In this document: in pieces, positions 54,518 through 64,000 of the stretch | How the letters are laid out: each line of letters opens with the position of its first letter | How positions within the stretch are numbered: position 1 is the first letter of the stretch | From: Tetramitus jugosus | Taxonomy: Eukaryota; Protista; Heterolobosea | Direction of reading: 5' to 3' | NCBI GenBank assembly: GCA_937625935.1 | Contig: OW569361.1 | Coordinates: forward strand, 62,001 to 126,000 | Length of the DNA: 64,000 bases | The notes under the pieces: model-generated | The model's database searches: none | The model's input: only the letters and a program-made list of their open reading frames with translations | What the model was told of the DNA's origin: nothing | Position numbers and translations under genes: made by a program

Positions 54518-57500
54518 TTATTCTTGGTTTACATCATCAATTGGAGAAAGGGATACCTCTTCCTTCCTCTTTGTGATTGAAAATATCTTTCGTTCAAAGT
54601 CTTGAGACTGTGACATGATGTGATCCATCTTAACTTTCATTTCCCTTTGAATGTCTCTGAGTGCCTCTTCCATTCGCGATTGATATTCGTGGACTTCGGA
54701 CACCTTCGAGTTCAACGTCTCACCCAGCTCTCCAATCATCTTCTTCTCAACTTCGATCTCATTGGCGTACATCTCGTGTTCTCCATTCAGTTGCTTCACT
54801 ATTTCCTTCATTTTCGACACCTGATGAGATAGGCATTGTTGGTTATGCTTCTGCTCATTAAACGTCTCAGTAAGTTGGGCAATGTCCTCAGAGATTTCAC
54901 GAGAACTCTGCTCAAGTTGAAGTTTAAGAAACTGTAAATCAGATATCTTTTGGTTGAGAGAGTCAGTCTGGATCTTGATGATCCCATACTGGCATTCAAA
55001 GTACTTCTTCTGCTCAGACAACTTTTCCAAAGTTCTCTTGCGTCTGTCAACTTCTTCTTGTTTCTGGGAAACATCATAGTCAATGGTGGCTATTTGTTGC
55101 TTGTAACTGGCACATTGATTCTCTGTCATCACTAAAACATCTCTTAATCGAGAGCACTGATCCAAAAGATCATCATAGCTCTTTCTTTGTTCCAAGAGCT
55201 GTTCTTGAACCTTCTCCTTCTCTTCAGAAACAAGAGTCAGTTCTCTCTCGACATCAGGTATGGAGGAAGCTATAATATCCTTTTCAGATGACAAATTAGC
55301 CTTCTCTTCTTTGAGCATTCGAATATCCATACCAAGTTTTTCAAGTTCTTCTAAGATGCCTTGTTCCTTCAACTTTGATTCCTTCAGGGAACATTGTTCA
55401 CGCTCAATAGATGTTCGAATGGCTTCCAATTGTGAATTTAAATTGTTCAGTGCATTTGACTCCATGTTGACTGTAGATTGAAGGAAATTTTTCTTCGATT
55501 CACATGCTTCTATACTCTTCTGTAACTCCGCAATTTCTTGCAGTTCTAACTTGTTCCTCTCCTCACATTCACTATGTTCTACAACTAATGATTCGTGTTG
55601 AGATTTCAGCTGGGCTATCTCTGATTCCTTCTCTTGTATTTTGTCCTTAATCTCAATGTATTTGTTGTTCGTCTGAGTAAGATCTGCGCTCGCTGCAATT
55701 AATTGCTCTGCCAATCGATCATTTTCTCGAGACACTTTCACTATCATGTTCTTGCTCTTCAATTCTAACTCTTGTTTCTCCTTGAGAACGATCTCTGATC
55801 TTGAGATATTAGCAGTGAGTTCGAGTAATTCTGTATTGAATTGATCCTTCTTCTTGCGCATATCAGACACAATTGTCACTAACTCAATGCACTCTGCACC
55901 AAGGGCCTCCCTCTCCTTCTTCAAGTTTTCCACCTGGTGTAGCATTGCTTCTTGTTCTGCCACATAACCATCATACTTTTCTTTCAATGATTGATAGTCA
56001 TGTTCTTCTCTCTCTGCTTTTTCTTTCAATTCCTCAAACATAGCGTTATACTTTTTGGTAGTCTTTGTTAACCTATTTACATCCAGCTCATATTTTGCAA
56101 TGCTATCAGTTAGATCAGTGTGCTTCTTCACTAAACTCTGATGTTGTTCAGACTGATCCTTAATTGCCTTCAGTTCTTTCTCCAATTTTTGAAGATCTCC
56201 AAGGCGTTTGTTGTAAGCCATTTGTGTCTCGTTCATCTTTTGAACCTTCTTCATCAAGTGTCGCACACTGGCTTTAAGCTCACCGTATTTCAACCGAAGT
56301 TCCTTCTCCTCCTCTTCAACAGACTTATAGCATTGACTACAGCAATAGGGACCACTAGGCCCATCACCAATATCCTGAATGCTCATATTAAGACTCATGT
56401 CGTTGTATGACATCATTGATTCGTTCATACTACAATTCATCAAGTCTCTTCCTGTCAGTCTGTCGATGTGTTTCTTGAGCTCAGTGATCTCAATCTTTTG
56501 AGTTTCTACAATACTCTTAAGTAGTGCAGCTTCTGAATTATCATCTAGTAAATTGATATGAGGATCATTCTTAATCTTCTTAGCATTAGCGCCAAATTGG
56601 AGTGTGCTTAGTGTTTCTCCTTCGTTAAATGTGGAAGGTGAAACATTGATAACGAGAGCAGTTTTGCAGTTACCACCGAGAGAGTGCTTCAGCACCTTAG
56701 TAAGAACCGAGTCTCGATATGGAACAAAATGATTCTGAGTCAAAGCATTAATTACACGAGACAACACGAACAATGATTTGTTGATATTTGTTCCCTCTTT
56801 GAACCTTTCGCCAGTAGATCTAGTTTTCTTTTGTTTCTCACTGCCAGCAAGATCCACGAGATACAACTTACTGACCAAACTCGTTTTTGTTAGTGTGTTG
56901 GTTTGTTTGATGGATACGACAAAAATGCTGTGACTTCGAGAGCTGATTGCATTCATATCGGTGGATCCAGTCTTACGATTTGCTAATCCCTGTACAAGTA
57001 ATTGAACTGTCTTTGGTAGTCCATTGACAGTCTTGTGAGTAAGCACCTCCTCCCACTCAGCGTTCATATTCCTCATATCAATGTTTTTTATCTCTGTACA
57101 AAGAGAGTTAGATATCAGAGCAGTTCATTAAAATTACTATTCGAATATAAAACTTACTTGGATTCAACAAATCATTGACTCGTTCATTGTAAATCTCAAA
57201 GAAGGAGACATGAACGGAGCATTCCATATCATCCAGAGTACCTATCCGATCGAAAATTACTTCAATCGCTCGAGGTATAATTCCTCTCAATTCACTCTCA
57301 GTGTCTGACTCTATATCTGGACCCATCATCGTATATGTTTTGCCACTACCCGTTTGTCCATAGGCAAAGATGGTACCGTTGAATCCTTGGAATACGCCAT
57401 CAATCACTGGTATTCCAATGGAATCAAATAATTCATCCTGCTTTGCATTCTCTCCAAAAACTTGGTTGAACGTGAACATTTTCTAATACACGAGTCAATG

Positions 57501-57766
57501 ATATTAGACAATGTTAAACAACACTCGAGGTTCTACACCAACACATTTCTATTCTTGCAACTACTTACTTCTCCAACTTTGCATGATTCGTGTACTACTG
57601 AAACGCATCTATTCGAGTTTTCGGCAAACTCCCTACTGTTCATTGGTCTGACTCGGCACACCACTTGTATATTATCCTTGGAAGACGAGCCTCCCCTCTG
57701 GTGAGAAGGAGAAGGCGAAGAAGAGCTGAGGGATGTAAATATCGGAGATGGGGATGGATGTGACAT
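54518..57766 (-). CDS. N-terminal-motor kinesin with long coiled-coil stalk; exons 57766-57569, 57482-57158 and 57093-54518
   Basis: NIQVVCRVRP, FAYGQTGSGKT, FEIYNE, SSRSH, LVDLAGSE and VPYRDS..T. Two GTAAGT...AG introns join in frame. Confidence 0.92.
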
Positions 57767-58211
57767 ATATGTATCGGTATCTTATGTGTAAGTTGTTTCT
57801 CGGGGATAAAACGACTCAAAATTTCGGCACTTTCGAAGCATCCACTCGTTCGTAAGTCTCTCAACGGTTTTTACGATGTTTCCCCGAAAACACCGAGCGG
57901 GATGATTCCCAACATTGTTTAGTGTCAGATGAAGCCAGGACTCAATTGATTAAGTCTCAGTACTCTGACCGAACATGAGAGCTATCCTTCATCTTCTTCG
58001 TTTGTTTTGTTCTTCTGTCTGGAGCTCAGAAGGCGACACTTGATGCTCCCTTGAAGAGCGACGTCATCTGTTTCGCTTCCGACATCTTTTATCAATGATT
58101 CGTATTTCATCATCAACACCACCACCAAAAACACTCCCACTGCCTAGATTGAACATCGGCTCCCAACACTTTTTTACAACAAGGAACAAAAAAAAACACG
58201 AAAAAAACCAC

Positions 58212-59564
58212 ATGTCCAACAACATGGTCGATGAACGTAGTACTTCGCCCTCATCTTCCTCTTCCTCTTCTGCTGCTGCCTCCTCACTCTTCCTATCTCC
58301 TCCATCTTCTTCTTCTTCTTCTTCTTCACAACAAACATGCACTTGTAAACTACATCCACTCGAAACGATCAAATTCGAATGTCATGACTGTGACAAACTC
58401 ATTTGTGTCTATTGTAAATTGATACATCATCGGTCACATAATGTGACACGCTACGTTGTGAGCACCATTATTCGAACACCTTTAATTTTCCCGCCATCGT
58501 CACCCACAAGTCCGACTGCCACTACGACGGTGACATCTGCAACAGCTGACACAAATGATGAAATTCATTGTAGTAGTCATAATAATAACAATAATAATAA
58601 TAACGAAAATCGCAAAAGAGATGTCGAATCAACAACATCTTCAGCATCATCATTAACGTTGTTTGTTCCTCATGTGAACAACAACAAAAGAACAAAAGCA
58701 ACATGTGCAAAGGATCATGACAACTGTGATGATGATGATGATGAGAATAGTTGTGATGAGAATGACAAGGACAGTAGTGATCATCATGCAAGCAAGAGAG
58801 TTGCAATCGAACAACCATCATCATCATCGTCATCATCATCACCTTGTCCATTTTTTATGCCTACGTCGACATCATCATTGGCATCATCGACATCGACATC
58901 GTTTGATCATCAAAATGATCAACAATTTTGGAATCAGTTGGCTGATTTGTGTCAGGATTTAAGTTCCACTGTGAATCAATTGAATGAAATCTATAGGGAA
59001 TCAGAGATGATACTAGAGCACATTGAACGTGCAAAAATGAGTCATAATCCAAACTCTCCTACTACTACTACTTTTACTACTATTACGCCTCTTTCAACTA
59101 CAAGCACGAGTACTCCCATGTCTGCTGTATCGTCAATGTCATGTTCACCTCTCTATGAACAACAACAACAACAACAACTGCCTGAACAACAACAGGAGGA
59201 AGAAGGCAATGGAAATGCAATCGCATCTCCTTCATCTCATCATGCGGCTGATGGTGACAATGATGAGGAAGACAATGAAATTTATTTGAAGAGCTTGAGC
59301 ATTAATTCGCTGACAAGTGATGATCATTCCTTGAGTAGTGCAAGCAGTATCATCAGTAGTATGGGTGGTACTGATGGCACTGTCAGTGAAAAATGGATGA
59401 AAATGATGAGCAAGTTTGGATTGCCAAACGAGGATGGCATGCCCGTGGAGGAAGATACAGGTGACAGAAAGAAGTCGGCCAGAAAAAAGAAGAGCCAAGG
59501 AACTCACAAGGAAAAATCTTCATCGAGGAGCAAATCGAAAAGTAAGAGTTCGAAATCCAGTTAA
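58212..59564 (+). CDS. B-box zinc-finger low-complexity protein
   Basis: CKLH...CHDCDKLICVYCKLIHHRSH B-box; the rest is poly-S/N/D/T/Q. Confidence 0.75.
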   Translation: MSNNMVDERSTSPSSSSSSSAAASSLFLSPPSSSSSSSSQQTCTCKLHPLETIKFECHDCDKLICVYCKLIHHRSHNVTRYVVSTIIRTPLIFPPSSPTSPTATTTVTSATADTNDEIHCSSHNNNNNNNNENRKRDVESTTSSASSLTLFVPHVNNNKRTKATCAKDHDNCDDDDDENSCDENDKDSSDHHASKRVAIEQPSSSSSSSSPCPFFMPTSTSSLASSTSTSFDHQNDQQFWNQLADLCQDLSSTVNQLNEIYRESEMILEHIERAKMSHNPNSPTTTTFTTITPLSTTSTSTPMSAVSSMSCSPLYEQQQQQQLPEQQQEEEGNGNAIASPSSHHAADGDNDEEDNEIYLKSLSINSLTSDDHSLSSASSIISSMGGTDGTVSEKWMKMMSKFGLPNEDGMPVEEDTGDRKKSARKKKSQGTHKEKSSSRSKSKSKSSKSS

Positions 59565-59869
59565 GTTGCTTCGGTTTCACGATCTTTTTTGTAACAGTAT
59601 ACAACAACATAAAAAACAATACGAAAACAATCACACGATAATCTCCTGCACAAATTTGACACGCCTCAAGAGCATTTCCAAACTGAAGCGGAGAATTTGC
59701 GCTGCTTCAACTAAACCAGGAACGTTCACACACTTTGCTTACTGCGGAACAAGCAAAAAATTCAAAAAAGCTTTTTCACGCGCAACCACGACAAAAGCTT
59801 TCTCACGCATCATTAAAAAAAAACACGCAACTACAACAACACATCATCAACTCTATCGTTAGTAAAACA

Positions 59870-61645
59870 ATGGCAGACAATGTGAGCACCACGAGTGCCA
59901 AAGTCAGAAAAGCACCTAGAAGCACAAGTTCTCGCATGAGTACCACATCTCGCATGAGTCGTATGACCAACGTGGAACCCACTCACAACATTCTCTGTTG
60001 TTTGTGTGGTGTTGCTGTTCCACCCAACCCAGCCAACATGTGCATGAATTGCATACGATCTCAAGTCGACATCACTGAAGGCATTCCAAAGGAAGAAATT
60101 ATACATTGGTGCAGAGACTGTGAACGTTATTTGCAACCACCAAAGTACTGGGTAGCTTGTACACTGGAGAGCAAGGAACTATTGACCATTTGTCTCAAGA
60201 AAATCAAGGGTCTCAGTCGATTGAAGCTCATTGATGCAAAGTTTTTGTGGACTGAACCTCACAGCAGAAGACTCAAGGTGAAAATTACAGTTCAAAAGGA
60301 AGTATTCAACGGTACAATGCTCCAACAATCATTTGTCGTTGATTTCATTATTCGTAATCAACAGTGTGAAGCATGTCAAAAGAGCTATACCCCATACACT
60401 TGGACTGCTGTTGTACAAGTGAGACAAAAGGTGGATCACAAGCGTACTTTTTACTATTTGGAGCAGTTGATTCTGAGGTACAATATGCATGAGAAGTGTA
60501 TTAATATTAAGGAAGAACCTGATGGTATGGACTTTTATTTTGGACATCGATCCCATGCGAACAAGTTTGCAGATTTTGTTCAAACCATGTGTCCAACACG
60601 AATGAAGACGAGTGAACGATTGATTACACACGATCAAAAGAGTAACATTTTCAATTTCAAGTATGCCTTTTCAATTGAAATTGCACCAGTCTGTCGTGAA
60701 GATTTGCTCTGTTTGCCATCCAAGCTGTCAAAGAATATGGGTGGAATCGGTCCTGTTGTCCTCTGTCAAAAGATTAACAATAAGATTTATTTCTTGGACC
60801 CTACCAATTTGCAACACGGTGAAATTACTCACAGTGTCTACTGGAAGCACTATTTTGTGACTCTGATGGACATTAGAAGATTGGTTGAGTTTACAGTGTT
60901 GGATGTGGAGTTGTTGGATCATGAAGAAGATGAATACGCTTATCATAACAACAACAACAACAACAATAATGCATCTTCCTCTGTCTTCTCATACAAGAAT
61001 CACAGATTGGCCGAAGTGCAATTGGTCAGATCGGAAGAGATGGGTGGTGATGATGATATCATCTATGTCAAGAGTCATTTGGGTAATGTGTTGAACGCTG
61101 GTGATTCCGTCTTGTGCTATGATTTGAAGAATGCTGCCTACAATGAGAATGACATCAGAGAGTTGAAGGCTGCCAACATTCCTGACGTTATCATTGTGAA
61201 GAAGGTCTATAGAAGAAATAAGGAGCGACTCTTTAAGCTCAGAAAGCTTGAGAAGGTGGCCGACGACGATAAGAAGAATGGTGAAAAGGACAAGACCAGA
61301 AGAGAGAGAGACTATGAGAGATTCTTGCAAGAGTTGGAAGAAGATCCTGAATTGAGATCAAAGGTCGATTTGATCAAGAGAACTGATATCCAAGCAGCAA
61401 AAAGCAGACCAGCCGAGGATGATGATAGTGATCTGGATGATGAATTGCCAGACATTGACGAGGATGAATTGAAGGATGAGAAGGAAATTGAACTGTTGAG
61501 GAAACAAGAATCTCAGAATGACGAAGAGAATGAAGACGACGTGGAGCCTATCCAACTTGAAGTCAATGAAGGTTTCACAGGAAAGGCTAGCGATGTCTTG
61601 CTCAACATTGAGGAAGAAGAAGAAGAAGAAGAAGAGGATGAATAA
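59870..61645 (+). CDS. NMD3: 60S ribosomal export adaptor Nmd3
   Basis: CCLCG..NPANMCMNCIRSQVDITEGI, WTEPHSRRLKVK, VQVRQKVDHKRTFYYLEQLIL and DYERFLQELEEDPELR. Confidence 0.96.
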   Translation: MADNVSTTSAKVRKAPRSTSSRMSTTSRMSRMTNVEPTHNILCCLCGVAVPPNPANMCMNCIRSQVDITEGIPKEEIIHWCRDCERYLQPPKYWVACTLESKELLTICLKKIKGLSRLKLIDAKFLWTEPHSRRLKVKITVQKEVFNGTMLQQSFVVDFIIRNQQCEACQKSYTPYTWTAVVQVRQKVDHKRTFYYLEQLILRYNMHEKCINIKEEPDGMDFYFGHRSHANKFADFVQTMCPTRMKTSERLITHDQKSNIFNFKYAFSIEIAPVCREDLLCLPSKLSKNMGGIGPVVLCQKINNKIYFLDPTNLQHGEITHSVYWKHYFVTLMDIRRLVEFTVLDVELLDHEEDEYAYHNNNNNNNNASSSVFSYKNHRLAEVQLVRSEEMGGDDDIIYVKSHLGNVLNAGDSVLCYDLKNAAYNENDIRELKAANIPDVIIVKKVYRRNKERLFKLRKLEKVADDDKKNGEKDKTRRERDYERFLQELEEDPELRSKVDLIKRTDIQAAKSRPAEDDDSDLDDELPDIDEDELKDEKEIELLRKQESQNDEENEDDVEPIQLEVNEGFTGKASDVLLNIEEEEEEEEEDE

Positions 61646-61659
61646 ATTAATAATTTCCT

Positions 61660-63312
61660 TTACTCGTTTGATCTAGTTCTCATTGGCGCAAGCAAAAACC
61701 ACAAGAGTCCCAGATAAGCCACAGTTGGTACGATCAACAACAGGTTGAATGTCATTGGCTGTACCTGATAGACATTCATTGTGGATGTTGGTGTTCCGTA
61801 GAACTTGTACACTCGGTCTCCCAACTCAAACTCATCCTCTTGTACTCGACCAGCAAAAGTTTGTTTCATGACGTTTCTCATGGCTTCAATGAATGGACTG
61901 GTGGATGTCGTGAATGGGAGAGCTCTCGAGTGTTGCGAAAGCAAATCCAAATTAGATTTGATGTAGTGGTCACTCAGTCTGATTTTCGAGGCAACATCAT
62001 TGCCTTCACCATAAATAAACTTAGCCAAGGCATCAGCAATCAATTTGATATTTTGTTCCACAATTGTCTGATTCACAGTCAAATCAAAAGTACTCGTTCT
62101 TAATCTCTGTGGTGTCGATTTCAACACACTGGACACGGTGGCTGCATGAATCTTCTTTCTGGCAAAGATTTCGTGCTCCCACGATGCTTCCTTGCCTGCT
62201 GCAAGAGCCTTTTGAGAGAATTGCAGCGGAACATTCATGTTCTTTGCACTTGAGCTAAACTCCTTGAACAGACGCACAACATTCTCGTCGTTTGTCTTTT
62301 GAGTGATATGAATGTTGAGCTTTGAGCCAGCAATGTTCTCCAAGCACAACACAAACAACAGGTTGTTTCTAATGGAAGGACTCAGATTCTTGAGCCAATT
62401 TCTGGATCCTTCATAGCCCAATCGACCAGCACTCGTCAACACAAAAATCAAATCATAACTACCTCTTGTAGAAGCAGTAGAGTACAGTCCCTTGAACACT
62501 CTGGCCAATTCCAACAGACCGACCACTGAGCTCGCAGTAGATGCCATTCCTCGAGTGACTTCTGGTGCAGCAGCCAATGTATCATAGTTTGCTACAACGG
62601 CAACCGTCAGTCTTTCTTGATGATTGCTCGTGGAAGCCTTTCTTGATGAAGCACTCTTTCCGTTTAAGGTACCATAGAGATTGACCAATTTGACACCAGC
62701 TGCCAATGCAGTAGCCTCCTTTTCGTTGACAGTCAATTGAAGATTGTCATCACCTAGAGTCACACGATTCAACAACTGTTCTAGCTCTGATTCACTCTGA
62801 ACAAAGTAAATTGGCTTTTCAATCGATCTTGTCAGAATAAAAAGCTCCAGCTCTTTCAGAGCGGCAAGGTTTTTCTCCGCTAATTCTACGGTTTCATCCA
62901 TTTTGGCGGGAAAAACAATAATGAGCGCCAACCATTGCGCATTACGATTTGAATGCGACAAAAAATGATCCAACACGATCGAAGTGCTTGAATTTTTGAG
63001 AGAGGCCAACAATGCCTCCAAATGAATCACCAAAACACTTCTCTGAGTAGGCAACGGCAGAGAAGATGAATTGTTGTTGATGAGGTCATTGATCGTTTGA
63101 GTAGAAATGGTGGAAATGGGCAGTGCATTGTTGATGCCAGTTCTTCTGACACCCAACTCCAATCGATTCAATGTTCGATCGTATTGAAGGCCACGATAGA
63201 CTTTGAAGGATTGGTGGGAATGGACTAGTGAGAAGACACAACAAAATACAACGAGTACGAGTGTAATGAGCGCACGTCGACGAGTCAAAATTGTTGTTGT
63301 TGATTGTAGCAT
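61660..63312 (-). CDS. NCLN: Nicalin (inactive M28 peptidase-like, ER membrane)
   Basis: Signal peptide, VAVVANYDT, SVVGLLELARVF..LY, FVLCLE, WEHEIF and a C-terminal TM helix. Confidence 0.85.
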   Translation of the reverse strand: MLQSTTTILTRRRALITLVLVVFCCVFSLVHSHQSFKVYRGLQYDRTLNRLELGVRRTGINNALPISTISTQTINDLINNNSSSLPLPTQRSVLVIHLEALLASLKNSSTSIVLDHFLSHSNRNAQWLALIIVFPAKMDETVELAEKNLAALKELELFILTRSIEKPIYFVQSESELEQLLNRVTLGDDNLQLTVNEKEATALAAGVKLVNLYGTLNGKSASSRKASTSNHQERLTVAVVANYDTLAAAPEVTRGMASTASSVVGLLELARVFKGLYSTASTRGSYDLIFVLTSAGRLGYEGSRNWLKNLSPSIRNNLLFVLCLENIAGSKLNIHITQKTNDENVVRLFKEFSSSAKNMNVPLQFSQKALAAGKEASWEHEIFARKKIHAATVSSVLKSTPQRLRTSTFDLTVNQTIVEQNIKLIADALAKFIYGEGNDVASKIRLSDHYIKSNLDLLSQHSRALPFTTSTSPFIEAMRNVMKQTFAGRVQEDEFELGDRVYKFYGTPTSTMNVYQVQPMTFNLLLIVPTVAYLGLLWFLLAPMRTRSNE

Positions 63313-63424
63313 GTCGTCTTGTTTATACCTTGTTTTTTGTTTGTGATCAAAAATTGTGAATTTGTCGCGTTTTCGGGGAAAAGGTGAAAATTCCGATTGG
63401 ATCATCTCCGATGTGTGAAGAGGC

Positions 63425-64000
63425 TTACTGACAGTATCTCTTCTCGACAGTCTTGACTATGCCAAAGGCAACGGTTTGCCTCATATCTCTGACAATGAAT
63501 CGACCTAGAGGTGGATATTCGGCATAGGATTCAACACACATGGCTTTTTGTGGTACAATCTTGACTAAACCAGAATCACCCTTCGCCAAGAATTCTGGGA
63601 GTTCTTCCTTGACCACCCCAGATCTCCTATCGATCTTGGATTGGATCTCAGAGAACTTGCAAGCAATATGGGCAGTATGACAAGTCACAACTGGAGTATA
63701 GCCATTTCTGATCTTAGTAGGATGGTTAATGACGATGATCTGAGCGACGAAAGATTCAGCTTGCTTCGCAGGGTCTCTGTTCGAGTCAGAGCAAACGTAA
63801 CCTCTTTTGATATCATCAACGGTCAAATTCTTAGTGTTGAAACAAACGAAGTCACCAGGTTCTGCCTCAGTTATTGGATTGTGAAACATTTCCAGGTACC
63901 TGATTTCTGTAGTGTGGTTGTCTGGAGCGAAGGTAACGCTCATTCCAACCTTAATGACACCAGTCTCGACTCTTCCGACTGGAATAGTACCAATACCACC
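63425..64000 (-). CDS. Elongation factor 1-alpha-like (divergent), 3' part; runs off the window
   Basis: [31 protein letters not shown] and [16 protein letters not shown]. Confidence 0.9.
   Translation of the reverse strand, partial: GGIGTIPVGRVETGVIKVGMSVTFAPDNHTTEIRYLEMFHNPITEAEPGDFVCFNTKNLTVDDIKRGYVCSDSNRDPAKQAESFVAQIIVINHPTKIRNGYTPVVTCHTAHIACKFSEIQSKIDRRSGVVKEELPEFLAKGDSGLVKIVPQKAMCVESYAEYPPLGRFIVRDMRQTVAFGIVKTVEKRYCQ

Noticed and set aside
58250-59200. Trinucleotide runs (TCT, AAT, GAT, TCA, CAA) as possible arrays or CRISPR-like repeats
   Set aside because: They encode in-frame homopolymeric amino-acid tracts typical of this genome and have no repeat-spacer structure.
70-64000. Non-standard (TAR=Gln) nuclear code for the host
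   Set aside because: Conserved host genes end at TAA/TAG at their expected C-termini (Sar1, AsnRS, Utp4, EB1).

Overview
Gene-dense, intron-poor genome segment of a microbial eukaryote. It uses the standard code (host genes end in TAA/TAG/TGA), has short GT-AG introns and many poly-Q/N/S/T tracts. A heterolobosean/Discoba-like host is only my impression and is not verified. Most of the window is housekeeping genes: Sfp-type PPTase, Sar1, CstF-77, AsnRS, FAM184-like, Sen2, Alg5, ASCC3, Utp4, SPCA/PMR1, Trm6, AP-5 mu, EB1, kinesin, Nmd3, nicalin and a partial divergent EF-1alpha. The standout is an accessory block at about 19.3-28.8 kb. It holds an apparently full-length 5.27-kb APE-type non-LTR retrotransposon (23420-28692, minus strand) with ORF1, an EN-RT-CCHC ORF2 carrying two in-frame stops, a 3'UTR hairpin, AATAAA, an A15 tail and an 11-bp (up to 15/16-bp) target-site duplication. 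The element sits head-to-head 51 bp upstream of a tRNA-Lys(UUU) gene, the same geometry as the tRNA-gene-targeting TRE5 elements of Dictyostelium. Beside it are a possible remnant of an earlier insertion, a divergent EEP-nuclease / HTH-NYN-HTH gene pair and a Cys-rich orphan gene. Other oddities are a bacterial-type RlaP/YcgL nucleotidyltransferase, a DysF-GTPase-Zn-ribbon fusion, a degenerate Arf-like protein and an Oca-type pseudophosphatase. All protein calls come from motif recognition by eye; no database search was run.
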